In this document: positions 17,292-28,425 of the stretch, piece by piece
Layout of the letters: every line of letters starts with the position of its first letter
How positions within the stretch are numbered: position 1 is the first letter of the stretch
Origin: Christensenellales bacterium
GTDB taxonomy: Bacteria > Bacillota > Clostridia > Christensenellales > CAG-138
NCBI GenBank assembly: GCA_040767925.1
Contig: JAXGNN010000001.1
Coordinates: forward strand, 1,344,921 to 1,408,920
Reading direction: 5' to 3'
DNA: 64,000 nucleotides
The notes under the pieces: generated by a model
Told to the model about the DNA's origin: nothing
Databases searched by the model: none
Seen by the model: only the letters and a program-made list of their open reading frames with translations
Made by a program: the position numbers and the translations under genes

Positions 17292-17975
17292 ATGGACCTT
17301 GCGACGATCCTACAAAACATCGTAAAAATCCTGGCCAAATACTGGGACGTGTTCCTGATCAAGGGCGTGAGCGTCACGCTCTCCCTCGCGGCGATCACCG
17401 TCTTCTTCGGGGCGATCATCGGCGCGCTGCTGGCGCTGGCGCATCTCTCGCGCTCCCGGGTGCTGCGGTTTTTCGTGAGCGCGTTCGTCGAGGTGATCCG
17501 CGGGACGCCGATTCTGCTGCAGCTGTATTTCGGCTATTTCATCCTCCCGCTGATGTTCCCCGCGCTCGGGCTCAACGACTATTCGAGCATCGCGGTGGCG
17601 CTCGTCATCAACAGCTCCGCCTATGTTTCCGAGGTCATCCGTTCCGGCATACAGGCCGTGGACAAGGGGCAGAGCGAAGCCGCGCGCAGCCTGGGGCTCA
17701 ACAAGACACACACGATGCTGCGCGTCGTGCTGCCGCAGGCCGTCAAGAACATACTGCCCGCGCTGGGCAACGAGTTCGTGATGATCATCAAGGAAACGTC
17801 CCTGGCCTCCACCTTCTTCGTGGGCGATCTCATGACCTCCTACCTCATCGTCAAGGGCGCGACCTTCCTCGCCTTCGAGGGGCTGGTGATCGTCGGCGTG
17901 ATCTACTTCATCCTCACGTTCAGCCTAAGCAAGCTCATCGGCGTATACGAGCGCAAGCTCAAGAGCCGCGATTGA
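17292..17975 (+). CDS. Polar amino-acid ABC transporter permease (His/Glu/Gln/Arg family)
   Basis: EVIRGTPILLQLYF, EAARSLGL, IKETSLAS motifs. Confidence 0.9.
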   Translation: MDLATILQNIVKILAKYWDVFLIKGVSVTLSLAAITVFFGAIIGALLALAHLSRSRVLRFFVSAFVEVIRGTPILLQLYFGYFILPLMFPALGLNDYSSIAVALVINSSAYVSEVIRSGIQAVDKGQSEAARSLGLNKTHTMLRVVLPQAVKNILPALGNEFVMIIKETSLASTFFVGDLMTSYLIVKGATFLAFEGLVIVGVIYFILTFSLSKLIGVYERKLKSRD

Positions 17976-18005
17976 TTTTTTATAGAAACAGGAGGCGCGT
18001 TTGCC

Positions 18006-18782
18006 ATGAATGCATCCGATACGATAACGGCGGCCAAGGCCGCGGGTTATGAGGAGCCCATGATCCGCACGGTGGGGCTCGCCAAGAGCTTCGGCAAACT
18101 CGAGGTGCTTCGCGGCGTCGACGAGCAGGTCGCGCGCGGCGAGGTCGTCTCCGTCATCGGCCCGTCGGGCGGCGGAAAAAGCACGTTTTTGCGCTGCCTG
18201 AACCTGCTCGAGGAGCCGACGGGCGGCAGGATCTTCTTCGAGGGCGTCGACATCACCGGCAAAGGGGTGGACATCAACCTGCACAGGCAGAAAATGGGCA
18301 TGGTGTTTCAGCAGTTCAACGTCTTTGCGAACCTGTCCGTGAAGGAGAACATCACCTTGGCGCCGGTGCTGCTCAAAAAGAAAACGAAACCCGAGGCCGA
18401 CGAGCTGGCCCGGGAGCTGCTCGCCCGCGTCGGCCTCACCGACAAGATTGACGAGCGGCCGGGCCGCCTCTCCGGCGGGCAGAAGCAGCGCCTCGCCATC
18501 GTGCGCGCGCTCGCGATGGAACCGGACGTGATGCTTTTCGACGAGCCCACGAGCTCCCTCGACCCCGAGATGGTGGGCGAGGTGCTCGCGGTCATCCGCG
18601 ACCTCGTCGCCGAGGGCATGACGACCGTCATCGTCACGCACGAGATGGGCTTCGCGCGCGAAGTCTCCGACCGCGTACTCTTCATGGACGAGGGTCTCAT
18701 CGTCGAGAGCGGCCCGCCCGCGGAGCTGTTCTTCCGCCCAAGGATGGAGAGGACAAAGGAGTTTTTGAGCAAAGTATTATAA
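18006..18782 (+). CDS. Polar amino-acid ABC transporter ATP-binding protein
   Basis: Walker [10 protein letters not shown], signature [15 protein letters not shown], Walker B MLFDEPTS. Confidence 0.93.
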   Translation: MNASDTITAAKAAGYEEPMIRTVGLAKSFGKLEVLRGVDEQVARGEVVSVIGPSGGGKSTFLRCLNLLEEPTGGRIFFEGVDITGKGVDINLHRQKMGMVFQQFNVFANLSVKENITLAPVLLKKKTKPEADELARELLARVGLTDKIDERPGRLSGGQKQRLAIVRALAMEPDVMLFDEPTSSLDPEMVGEVLAVIRDLVAEGMTTVIVTHEMGFAREVSDRVLFMDEGLIVESGPPAELFFRPRMERTKEFLSKVL

Positions 18783-19122
18783 ACAATTGACAATTGACAA
18801 TGGATAATTGACAATCAGAAACGCCGCTTTGCGGGGATTTTGCAGGGGCGGATTCCATATCCGCCCCGTTCAACAATTGACAATGGATAATTGACAATCA
18901 GGAACGCCGCTTCGGCGGGGATTTTGCAGGGGCGGATTCCATATCCGCCCCGTTCAACAATTGACAATGGATAATTGACAATCAGGAACGCCGCTTCGGC
19001 GGGGATTCTGTAGGGGCGGATTCCATATCCGCCCTGTTCAACAATTGACAATGGATAATTGACAATCAGGAACGCCGCTTCGGCCGGGATTTTACAGGGG
19101 CGGATTCCATATCCGCCTTGTT
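18781..19122 (+). repeat. Four head-to-tail full copies of the modular repeat (90+84+84+84 bp)
   Basis: Unit: AACAATTGACAATGGATAATTGACAATCAGGAACGCCGCTTCGGCGGGGATTTTGCAGGGGCGGATTCCATATCCGCCCCGTTC. Copies at 18781-18870, 18871-18954, 18955-19038, 19039-19122. The array starts on the TAA of the ABC ATPase gene. Confidence 0.95.
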
Positions 19123-19215
19123 CTGTCCCCGCGAAATGATTGACGGCAGGCATCGGCAGGGACGGCTTTCGCGTTAAGGGCGAAGGCCGTATTTGGCCGT
19201 TTTTTCCCTCGCCCC

Positions 19216-19244
19216 TTGCATTCCTCCCATAACTTCTATATACT
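19216..19244 (+). promoter_or_regulatory. Candidate sigma-A promoter of the tandem-GNAT gene
   Basis: TTGCAT (19216-19221), 17 nt, TATACT (19239-19244). Confidence 0.45.
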
Positions 19245-19280
19245 GGTTGAAATTTCCGCACGGACGAGTTTGGGGGAAGC

Positions 19281-20309
19281 ATGATGCAGCTTAAAACGGA
19301 ACGCCTCATCCTGCGCGCCTTTCGCATGGACGACTTCGCCGCCGTCCACGCTTACGCGAGCACCATCGAAAACACCGTCTACATGCCCTTCGGGCCGAAC
19401 AGCGAGGGGGACACGCGCGCCTTCCTCGAGAAGGCGGTCGCTTGCGGCATGGAGGAGCCTTGCCGCCAATATGAATTCGCCGTGACGCTGCGCGATTCGG
19501 GGGAAGTGATCGGCGGCTGCGACCTCATCCTCACCTCCCCGGGGACGGGCGAAATCGGCTGGATCCTGCGCCGCGACTTCTGGCGGCAGGGCTACGGCGC
19601 GGAGCTCGGCCGCGCGCTCCTGCAGTTCGGGTTCGACGAATTGCGCCTGCATCGCATCACCGCCGTGTGCGACGCGGAAAACGCCCCCTCCTGGGGGCTG
19701 ATGGAGAAGCTCGGCATGCGCCGCGAGGCGTGTTTCCTCGACGCGCGGCGCGGGAACAAGCTTTCCGATAAGCCGTACGGAGACGAGCTGCGTTATGCGA
19801 TCCTGCGGGACGAGTGGGAAATTCAAAGGGAGGTCGCCTATTACAACGCGCTGCCGTGCGCGTTTTTTGGCTTCGTCGAGGTGCCCGAACTTGCGGGCGG
19901 GGACATCTACCTCGTCTGCACGCAGAAGAAGCCCGCCGATCCCGAAAAGAAATACGTGCCCGCCTATCAGTTCGCCATTTGCCGCAGCGGGGAGAAGATC
20001 GGCAACATCGGCCTTCGCGTCGGCTACACGGACGGCCTGTATTACGGCGGGCAGATCGGCTACGACGTCTACGAGCCCTTCCGGGGGCGCGGCTACGCGG
20101 CGGAAGCCTGCCGCCTGGTCCTTCCCATCGCGCGGGCGCACAAAATGGAGAAACTCCTCATCACCAACGCGGAGGCCAACGCGGCCTCGCGGCGCGTGTG
20201 CGAGAAGCTCGGCGCGCGGCGCGTCCGCCTCGCGCGGCTGCCGGAATGGACCGAGCTTTATCGGGACGGACTGAGGTACGTCAACATATTCGAGCTCGAG
20301 GTCCCGTAA
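19281..20309 (+). CDS. Two-domain GNAT N-acetyltransferase (RimJ/RimL-like)
   Basis: N-terminal half TERLILRAFRMDDFAAVHAY..WRQGYGAELGRAL. C-terminal half FRGRGYAAEACRLVL..NAASRRVCEKLG. Confidence 0.8.
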   Translation: MMQLKTERLILRAFRMDDFAAVHAYASTIENTVYMPFGPNSEGDTRAFLEKAVACGMEEPCRQYEFAVTLRDSGEVIGGCDLILTSPGTGEIGWILRRDFWRQGYGAELGRALLQFGFDELRLHRITAVCDAENAPSWGLMEKLGMRREACFLDARRGNKLSDKPYGDELRYAILRDEWEIQREVAYYNALPCAFFGFVEVPELAGGDIYLVCTQKKPADPEKKYVPAYQFAICRSGEKIGNIGLRVGYTDGLYYGGQIGYDVYEPFRGRGYAAEACRLVLPIARAHKMEKLLITNAEANAASRRVCEKLGARRVRLARLPEWTELYRDGLRYVNIFELEVP

Positions 20310-20327
20310 GCGCGGACTCCGTGTCGC

Positions 20328-21332
20328 TCACGCATCCCCTGCCTGGCAGCCTTTCATCTCCGCTTCCATCTCCCGAAGGAAACCCTCCAGCCGCCCGGCC
20401 AGGTTATGCATCCATTCCGGCCCGTTTTCCAGGCGGCCCCGCATGCAATAGAGCACGCGCGCATAAGCGAACGCCGTCTGGAACCTGCGCATCAGCGGGA
20501 ACAGCGCCTCGGTTTCGGCCGCAATCGGGACGACGGAATCATATCCCTGGAGGAAAGCCTTTTTCGCAACCTCGGGGTCGGCTCCGTCGATCTCCCGCGC
20601 CTCCTCCTCGATGGCGGCGAGCGCCTTGGCGAGATCGAGCGCGTAAAAGTGATACATGCCGTCCTCGAAGTCGATGGCGGTGCATGTTCTTGTCGTTTCG
20701 TCAAAAAAGAGGTTGTCCGGCTCGAAATCGAAATGCACGAGGCCGAAATTGGCGCGCGTTTTTTCCGCCGCGTTAAGCCCGTTTCGCACCCCGTCGAGCG
20801 CGGCGTACGCGTGCGGCGGCGCCCCGCTCGCGTCGAACTCGGCCAGCGCCCAGTCGAGCGCGTCCGCATAGCCCCATTTGCGCGCCTTCGGTTCGTATGC
20901 TTGCGAAAGCAGGTGCAGCCGCGCGAGCGTTTCGCCGCAGACGCGCAGGATGTCGCCGCGCATGTCCGTTCTGTCCACGCGGACGCCGGGCGCGCCCTCA
21001 AACGCGCAGGCGAAGTGTTCGCCCCATTGCGTGGGCAGGCGAAGGAGCGTTTCCCCGGAGCAGGCCGGAATGTTCCCCGCCGCGGGGAAGCCGCGCGCGT
21101 TCAGATACGCGATATATTCCAGTTCGCCCCGCACGTTCGATTCCAGCTTTTCCTCAGCCGGCGCGAGGCGCAAAAAGCACACTTTGCCTTCCCGCCGGAA
21201 GGGGTAGATGGCGTTCGAGGAGATGCGGAACCGGGCGAGCAGCTCGTCCAGCCCTTCCTCGTCGTGCTCCCAGTGGGAAAGCGCTTCCTTTGCAAGATCG
21301 AAGTTTTCAAAAAGATATTTCAGCTTGAGCAT
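20328..21332 (-). CDS. Phosphotransferase of the APH/choline-kinase fold
   Basis: Catalytic loop LVHFDFEPDNLFF and IDFEDG (DFG-like). Substrate unknown. Confidence 0.7.
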   Translation of the reverse strand: MLKLKYLFENFDLAKEALSHWEHDEEGLDELLARFRISSNAIYPFRREGKVCFLRLAPAEEKLESNVRGELEYIAYLNARGFPAAGNIPACSGETLLRLPTQWGEHFACAFEGAPGVRVDRTDMRGDILRVCGETLARLHLLSQAYEPKARKWGYADALDWALAEFDASGAPPHAYAALDGVRNGLNAAEKTRANFGLVHFDFEPDNLFFDETTRTCTAIDFEDGMYHFYALDLAKALAAIEEEAREIDGADPEVAKKAFLQGYDSVVPIAAETEALFPLMRRFQTAFAYARVLYCMRGRLENGPEWMHNLAGRLEGFLREMEAEMKGCQAGDA

Positions 21333-21441
21333 GTCGAATCCCCTAACCCGCTCGTTCCGTTATTATATAGAGTATACCATAAAAGGGGATGACCCGGAAA
21401 TCGAGGGACGGCGCGCCCGAGCGCGCGTCCGGGCAAGCGAA

Positions 21442-21465
21442 AAGGAGCGGCGCGTGCCGCTCCTT
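21442..21465 (-). terminator. Intrinsic terminator after the DUF885 gene
   Basis: On the minus strand: AAGGAGCGGC-ACGC-GCCGCTCCTT followed by TTC. Confidence 0.55.
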
Positions 21466-21484
21466 AGTGCGTTGAAAGCCGGTT

Positions 21485-23338
21485 TTACTTATGCTCCTCG
21501 ATCCACGCGTCCATGACGGGCATGATGAGGTTGAAGTAGGTCGGCCCGAGGTCGAGGAAGGTCTTGTTGTAATCGAGCCGGTCGAAGTTGTAGCCGCAGG
21601 CGGTCTGCGCCTTTCGGAGCTCCTGCTGGAACATCGTGAAGCCCATGGCGTACTTGAGGAAGTAGAACGGGTTTTCCACGGCGTACTGGTAATAGATGGG
21701 CGCGAGTTCCGCCGCGGTCTCCTCGGCATAATACTGGGCGATGCGCGCTTCAAGATCCTGCTCGGAAGCGCCGAAGTAGTTGACCTCGATGCTGAAGAGC
21801 GCCGGCAAAAGCAGGTTGCTCAAATTCGAATTCGCGCTCATGAAGCGGCAGTAATTGCTGCTAAAGCGCGTGTTGTACGTGTCGAAGAACACCTCGGCGG
21901 CCTGCGACCAGCACTCGTAATAGCCCGTCAGGTCGAACACCTGGCGCGCGTAGCCCGTCTGTTTCACAAGCGTGCGGATGTACTGGTAATGGTACATGTG
22001 GCCGGGATAGCCCTCGTGCGCGAGCGTGTCGAGGAAGCGCGTCTCGGTGCCGAGCGTCTTCTGGTTGAGGATGATGATGTTCTCGCTCGCGTCGTCCACG
22101 GGTGGCACGAGGTAGGCCGCGGGGCTGAACTGATCCTCGAGGTCCTCCGGGCAGTCCATGAAAGTGACCGCGTGTTCGGGCAGCTCCGGGAAATAGCGGT
22201 ACATGAGCGCCTCGAGGTAATCGAGGTTCTCCTCGGTGCTGCCGAGGCTCAGCGTGATTTTATCGAAATTCTCGGAGATGCTGGGCTCCTTCGCCATGCA
22301 CTCCTGGATGACGCTGATCTGATCGGCGATCTCGTCGTTGAGGATGCGCCGCGCCTCCTCGGGCGTCACGGTGGAGCAGGAATTATAGTTGAGCTCCTGC
22401 TCGAAGTAGCGGAGGCCTTCCTCGCCGTAGGCATAGAGCCCTTCTTCGTTGGTCGCCGTGCCGCGCAGCGCCTCCAGCCCGTCGTAGAGCGTCTGGTAGG
22501 AGTCGACGAGCGCGAACACGAGCGTCTCGTTGCGCGTTTCAAAATCCGCGCGCTGCGCGTCCGTCATGTCGATGTCGGCGATCATCTCGCCGAACGTGGC
22601 GTGGAGGAAGAGCGTGTCGCGCGCGTCGATGACGTCCTGGAGCTGATCGAGCACCTGATCGAGCGCGGCGTCCGTCATGAAGAGGCCCGCCGCCGACTTC
22701 TCCTGTTCGAATGTGAGCACGAGCCCCATGATGCGCGGCGTGTCCGCCAGAAGCGCGAGGTAGCCCTCGACGTCCTCGAGGGTGTCCATCTCATAGAACA
22801 CCATGTTGAGCGGCAGGTTGGAATGGAGGCCCACGAGCGTGTCGAGCACCTCACCGTAGTAATAATAATCGAAGCTCGCGATGTTCCACTCGAGGTATTG
22901 CGCGAGCGTGTCGTAGGTGAGCCGCTCGCTCTCGTTCAGCTTCTCCCGGTCGATGGCGCGCAGGCTGTCAAGCCAGGCCTTCTCCTGTTCGGTGGACGCC
23001 GCCGCCTCCTCGTACGTGAACGGGCCCCAGCCCGTTTCTGGCCTCGCGAGCTCGGGGAAGTTCTCCGGATGGGCGATGGTGAGGTGGTAGGTCAGCGCGT
23101 CGCTCGTGGCGTATTCCGCAAAGATCTCCCGGTCGATCGTGGCGATGGCAAGGCTTTCCTGCGAAAGCGGCTCTTCGCCGGACGCGTCCGTTTGGGAGGG
23201 CGTGGCCGCCGCCGTGGGCGCCGGCGTAGCCGCGGGCTTCGCGGTGCCTCCAGGGAAGAGGAGCGAACAGCCGGACACAAGGGGCAGAGCAAGAGACAGA
23301 ACCAGCAGCAGCGCAAAGAGGCGCTTCAATAGACGCAT
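21485..23338 (-). CDS. DUF885-family lipoprotein (putative metallopeptidase-like)
   Basis: Lipobox PLVSGCS. Family signature HEGYPGHMYHYQY. Confidence 0.75.
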   Translation of the reverse strand: MRLLKRLFALLLVLSLALPLVSGCSLLFPGGTAKPAATPAPTAAATPSQTDASGEEPLSQESLAIATIDREIFAEYATSDALTYHLTIAHPENFPELARPETGWGPFTYEEAAASTEQEKAWLDSLRAIDREKLNESERLTYDTLAQYLEWNIASFDYYYYGEVLDTLVGLHSNLPLNMVFYEMDTLEDVEGYLALLADTPRIMGLVLTFEQEKSAAGLFMTDAALDQVLDQLQDVIDARDTLFLHATFGEMIADIDMTDAQRADFETRNETLVFALVDSYQTLYDGLEALRGTATNEEGLYAYGEEGLRYFEQELNYNSCSTVTPEEARRILNDEIADQISVIQECMAKEPSISENFDKITLSLGSTEENLDYLEALMYRYFPELPEHAVTFMDCPEDLEDQFSPAAYLVPPVDDASENIIILNQKTLGTETRFLDTLAHEGYPGHMYHYQYIRTLVKQTGYARQVFDLTGYYECWSQAAEVFFDTYNTRFSSNYCRFMSANSNLSNLLLPALFSIEVNYFGASEQDLEARIAQYYAEETAAELAPIYYQYAVENPFYFLKYAMGFTMFQQELRKAQTACGYNFDRLDYNKTFLDLGPTYFNLIMPVMDAWIEEHK

Positions 23339-23474
23339 CGTGGTCTCCTTTCGATCGCGGCGGCCCCATAGAGGGGCCGTATGTTACCATCAATATGCAT
23401 AACACTACCACAAATGCGGCCGGGAAACAAGCAAATCCAGCGATCCCCTGCCGTTTTCGAGCCCGGTTTTCCCG

Positions 23475-23503
23475 TTGACAAAAGAAAGCGCTTGAATTAG
23501 AAT
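23475..23503 (+). promoter_or_regulatory. Strong sigma-A promoter upstream of tRNA-Gly and tuf
   Basis: TTGACA (23475-23480), 17 nt, TAGAAT (23498-23503). Confidence 0.6.
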
Positions 23504-23548
23504 AGTAATGCTGTATTGTTGAAAAAACAATGCGATCCCGCTGCGCTT

Positions 23549-23622
23549 GCGGGTGTAGCTCAGTGGCAGAGCTTCGGCTTCCCAAGCCGACTATGTGGGT
23601 TCGATTCCCATCACCCGCTCCA
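23549..23622 (+). tRNA. tRNA-Gly (anticodon CCC)
   Basis: Manual cloverleaf: acceptor GCGGGTG/CACCCGC, D arm GCTC-AGTGGCA-GAGC, anticodon arm TCGGC-TTCCCAA-GCCGA, T arm GTGGG-TTCGATT-CCCAT, discriminator U73, encoded CCA. Confidence 0.88.
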
Positions 23623-23682
23623 GCACGATCCCGTGTCATGCGGGAAACATACAGCGACAGATTTTTAGGAGGATGTCAAACG

Positions 23683-24894
<1,212 letters not shown>

Positions 24895-24916
24895 TTGGCA
24901 ATCAAACGAATAAGCG

Positions 24917-24947
24917 ACGGCCTCCGCGTCAAGCGGAGGCCGTTTTT
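24917..24947 (+). terminator. Intrinsic terminator after tuf
   Basis: ACGGCCTCCGC-GTCAA-GCGGAGGCCGT followed by TTTT. Confidence 0.85.
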
Positions 24948-24980
24948 GACGCCTTACAAATGAGATTATTGCATAAAATA

Positions 24981-25069
24981 AAGGCGGATATGGAATCCGC
25001 CCTTGTAATACCCCCGCCGCAGCGGCGTTCTTTTTATTGTCAATTGTCAATTGTCAATTGTTAATTAAT
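24981..25069 (-). repeat. Modular repeat, full copy (locus 5), abutting the upp stop
   Basis: GGCGGAT-ATGGA-ATCCGCC .. CGCCG-CAG-CGGCG .. ATTGTCAATTGTCAATTGTCAATTGTTAATT. The upp TAA is at 25070-25072. Confidence 0.9.
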
Positions 25070-25699
25070 TTACTTCGTCCCGAACAGCCTGTCGCCCGCG
25101 TCGCCGAGGCCCGGCACGATGTAGCCGTGGGAGTTGAGGTGGTCGTCGATGGCCGCGACGAAGATGTCCACGTCCGGGTGCGCCTTCTGCACCGCGGCGA
25201 TGCCCTCGGGCGCGGCGATGATGTTGACGAGCTTGACGTTCTTGCAGCCCGCCTTCTTCACGATATCGATGCCCTCCACGGCGGAGCCGCCCGTCGCCAG
25301 CATGGGATCGACGATGATGATGTCGCGCTCGCTGACGTCCGGCGGGAGCTTGCAGTAATAATCCACGGGAGCGAGCGTTTCCGGGTCGCGGTAGAGGCCG
25401 ATATGGCCCACCTTCGCGGCGGGGATGAGGTTGAGCATGCCGTCGACCATGCCGAGGCCCGCGCGCAAAATGGGGACGATGCCGAGCTTTTTGCCCGCGA
25501 GCACCTTGGTCGTCGCGGGGCCGATGGGCGTTTCCACCTGCGTTTCCTCGAGGGGGAGATCGCGCGTCGCCTCGTAGGTTAGAAGCGTCGCAAGCTCCTC
25601 GACAAGCTCCCGGAACTCCTTGGAGCCGGTGGACTTGTCCCGCAGATGCGTCAGCTTGTGCTGCACGAGGGGATGGTTGATGACGTGTACGTTGTTCAT
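25070..25699 (-). CDS. upp: Uracil phosphoribosyltransferase
   Basis: Start at ATG 25699 (AAGGAG RBS). [49 protein letters not shown]. Confidence 0.95.
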   Translation of the reverse strand: MNNVHVINHPLVQHKLTHLRDKSTGSKEFRELVEELATLLTYEATRDLPLEETQVETPIGPATTKVLAGKKLGIVPILRAGLGMVDGMLNLIPAAKVGHIGLYRDPETLAPVDYYCKLPPDVSERDIIIVDPMLATGGSAVEGIDIVKKAGCKNVKLVNIIAAPEGIAAVQKAHPDVDIFVAAIDDHLNSHGYIVPGLGDAGDRLFGTK

Positions 25700-25744
25700 A
25701 AAAACTCCTTTCGCGGTATCGGAAGATTGCAAAAATAAAGAGGC

Positions 25745-26185
25745 TTACGCCTCATATCCGCCTATTTTGGAAATTCGCTTCGCGTGCCGTTCGGCGCCCG
25801 AGAAATCGGACGAAAGGAACGTTTTTGCGATGGATTTCGCAAGCTCCTCCCCGATGATGCGCCCGCCCAGCGCGAGGATGTTCGCGTCGTTGTGCTCGCG
25901 CGTGAGGCGCGCGGTGGTTTCTTCCGAGCAGAGCGCGCAGCGCGCGCCGCGGACCTTGTTCGCGCTGATGCAAACGCCCACGCCCGTGCCGCAGATGAGC
26001 ACGCCGCGCTCGTATTCCCCGCGCACGACCGCCTCCGCCACGGGGAAGGCGATGTCCGGGTAATCCACGCTGCAGGTGTCGGCGCAGCCGAAGTCGGCGA
26101 CGGTGTGGCCGAGCGATTCGAGAAAGGGGATCAGCGCCGCCTTGAGCGCGAAGCCGCCGTGGTCGCTGCCGATTGCGATGTTCAT
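25745..26185 (-). CDS. rpiB: Ribose-5-phosphate isomerase B
   Basis: IAIGSDHGGFALK, GVLICGTGVGVCISANK, REHNDANILALG. Confidence 0.93.
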   Translation of the reverse strand: MNIAIGSDHGGFALKAALIPFLESLGHTVADFGCADTCSVDYPDIAFPVAEAVVRGEYERGVLICGTGVGVCISANKVRGARCALCSEETTARLTREHNDANILALGGRIIGEELAKSIAKTFLSSDFSGAERHAKRISKIGGYEA

Positions 26186-26195
26186 CCGGTTCTCC

Positions 26196-27227
26196 TTACA
26201 TCGTGTTGAAGCCCGCCGCGCGCAAAAGTCGGTTCATGTACGCGAGGCCCAGTTCCCCTTCGGGCAAAGCCTCCGCGAACACCACGTCCACCTTGTCCGA
26301 ATACTCGCGCAGCCTTGCGAAAAGCTGCGCGCAAATGGTCGCGGGCTCATTTCTGTCGCCTATTATAACACAGCGTCGGTCGCGGTAAAAGGGTTGCGTT
26401 TGCTCCGTCGCGAAAATTATCGCTGTTTCCCCCAGGGAAACGCGGCGGTCGTACTCCCGGCAGATCTTGTATGCCGCGCCGCGCGCTTCCCCGCGGGCGA
26501 CGATGACCTCGCATTCCGGCGCGTAATGGCGGTACTTCATGCCGGGCGAGGCCGCGACCTCGCCCTCCCCCATCGGGGAGAGGATGGAGGGCGCGAGCTT
26601 CACGGCGCCCCACGCGGCCTCGAGCATCTCCTTGGTGACCGCGCCGGGGCGGAGGATCGTCGGCTCCCCCACGAGCGACAGAACCGTGGACTCGAGCCCG
26701 AAACGGCAGGGCCCGCCGTCTATGATGAGGTCGGCCTTGCCCTCCATGTCCTCGCGCACGTGCTGCGCGGTCGTGGGGCTGGGCTTTCCCGAGGCGTTGG
26801 CGCTGGGCGCCGCGACGGGCACGCCCGCCTCGCGGATGAGGGCGAGCGCGGTCTTGTTGTCCGGCATGCGCACGGCGAGCGTGGGAAGGCCCGCCGTGAC
26901 CTCGTCGGGCACGAGCGAGCTTTTGTTGAACACGAGCGTCAGCGGGCCGGGCCAGAAGGTATCCATCAACACGCGCGCGCTCTCCGGGATGCGCGCCCAG
27001 AGCCTTTTCACGTCGTTTTTCTTGGCGACGTGAAGGATGAGCGGGTTGTCGGCCGGGCGGCCCTTCGCCTCGAAGATGCGGCGCACGGCCTCCCCGTCGA
27101 GCCCGTTCGCGCCGAGGCCGTACACCGTTTCCGTGGGGAACGCCACAAGCCCGCCCTCGCGGAGGATCTTTCCGCCGAGCACGGTTCCGTTTTCCTTCTG
27201 GGTGGTGGCGTTCGCGTATTGGGTCAT
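26196..27227 (-). CDS. tsaC: L-threonylcarbamoyladenylate synthase (Sua5/YwlC type, with C-terminal Sua5 domain)
   Basis: Start at ATG 27227; the longer ORF upstream is repeat-derived. FPTETVYGLGAN, KGRPADNPLILHV, APSANASGKPSPT. Confidence 0.9.
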   Translation of the reverse strand: MTQYANATTQKENGTVLGGKILREGGLVAFPTETVYGLGANGLDGEAVRRIFEAKGRPADNPLILHVAKKNDVKRLWARIPESARVLMDTFWPGPLTLVFNKSSLVPDEVTAGLPTLAVRMPDNKTALALIREAGVPVAAPSANASGKPSPTTAQHVREDMEGKADLIIDGGPCRFGLESTVLSLVGEPTILRPGAVTKEMLEAAWGAVKLAPSILSPMGEGEVAASPGMKYRHYAPECEVIVARGEARGAAYKICREYDRRVSLGETAIIFATEQTQPFYRDRRCVIIGDRNEPATICAQLFARLREYSDKVDVVFAEALPEGELGLAYMNRLLRAAGFNTM

Positions 27228-27269
27228 TTTTCCTCTTTCTTTTCGCCGAAAGGACGGTTCTGCCGAAAG

Positions 27270-27357
27270 GCGGGCGGATATGGAATCCGCCCCTACAAAA
27301 ACCCCGCCGCAGCGGCGTCTCTTTATTGTCAATTGTCAATTATCAATTGTCAATTGC
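27270..27357 (-). repeat. Modular repeat, full copy (locus 6), abutting the prfA stop
   Basis: GGGCGGAT-ATGGA-ATCCGCCC CTACAAAAACCC CGCCG-CAG-CGGCG .. ATTGTCAATTGTCAATTATCAATTGTCAATTGC. The prfA TGA is at 27358-27360. Confidence 0.9.
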
Positions 27358-28425
27358 TCATTCCGCGTTCGATAATTTCTCACTCTGCTCCTTGAGGATA
27401 AGCGCCTCGATGACCTCGTCCATGTCCCCGTCGAGAAAGGCCTCGAGCTTGTAGAGCGTGACGCCCACGCGGTGGTCGCTCACGCGCCCCTGCGGGAAGT
27501 TGTAGGTGCGGATGCGCTCGCTGCGGTCTCCGCTGCCCACCTGCGCGCGGCGCGCGCCCGCCTCGGCCTCCGCCGCGCGGGCCTGATAGAGCTCGAGAAG
27601 GCGGCTTTTGAGCACGCGCATGGCCTTCTCCCTGTTCTTGTGCTGGCTCCGCTCGTCCTGGCACTGCACGATGAGGCCCGTAGGGAGGTGCGTGATGCGT
27701 ATGGCGCTCTCGGTTTTGTTGACGTGCTGGCCGCCCGCGCCGCCGCTGCGGTAGGTGTCGATCGAAAGCTCGTCGGGGTTGATGTCCACCTCGACGTCCT
27801 CGGCCTCCGGCAGCACCGCGACCGTGGCCGCGCTCGTATGGATGCGCCCCTGGGACTCCGTCTCCGGCACGCGCTGCACGCGGTGAACGCCGCTCTCGTA
27901 TTTCATGCGGGAGTAGGCGCCGCGCCCCTGCAGGCTCAGCACGACCTCCTTCACGCCGCCGATTTCGGTGTAGTTCTCGTACATCAATTCGCTTTTGTAG
28001 CCGTGGCGCTCCGCGTAGCGCTGGTACATGCGAAGCAGGTCCGCGCCGAAGAGGGAGGCTTCCTCGCCGCCCGTGCCCGCGCGGATTTCGATCATCACGT
28101 CCCTCTCGTCGTTGGGGTCCTTCGGGAGGAGCATCAGGCGGAGCTTTTCCACAAGCGCCTTCTCCTTCCCCTGGAGCGCGTCGAGCTCCTCGCGCGCGAG
28201 TTCCCGCAGTTCGGGCTCGAGCTTGCCCTCGAGCAGGGCGCGGCACTCCCCGATGTCACGCGTCAGCGCCGCGTATTCGTCGTACGCCCCAGCGATATCT
28301 ATAAGCCCCGCGTGCTCGCGCGCGAACGCGCGGAACCTCTGCTGGTCCGCGATCACCTCGCTTTGGGACATGAGCCGCGCGAGCTCGTCGCTGCGCGCCT
28401 TAATCGATTGGAGTTTCTCCAGCAT
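27358..28425 (-). CDS. prfA: Peptide chain release factor 1
   Basis: [16 protein letters not shown] (GGQ motif), PETES region. Confidence 0.97.
   Translation of the reverse strand: MLEKLQSIKARSDELARLMSQSEVIADQQRFRAFAREHAGLIDIAGAYDEYAALTRDIGECRALLEGKLEPELRELAREELDALQGKEKALVEKLRLMLLPKDPNDERDVMIEIRAGTGGEEASLFGADLLRMYQRYAERHGYKSELMYENYTEIGGVKEVVLSLQGRGAYSRMKYESGVHRVQRVPETESQGRIHTSAATVAVLPEAEDVEVDINPDELSIDTYRSGGAGGQHVNKTESAIRITHLPTGLIVQCQDERSQHKNREKAMRVLKSRLLELYQARAAEAEAGARRAQVGSGDRSERIRTYNFPQGRVSDHRVGVTLYKLEAFLDGDMDEVIEALILKEQSEKLSNAE

Noticed and set aside
18781-19122. Possible CRISPR array.
   Set aside because: The units are contiguous with no unique spacers, the period is 84 bp, no cas genes are in the window, and the same unit occurs singly elsewhere.
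18815-19327. 170-aa minus-strand ORF with a perfectly repeated 28-aa peptide ([27 protein letters not shown]).
   Set aside because: It is the translation of the 84-bp tandem DNA repeat. Its start lies antisense inside the GNAT gene, it has no RBS, and the same peptide fragments appear in spurious ORFs at every repeat locus in different contexts.
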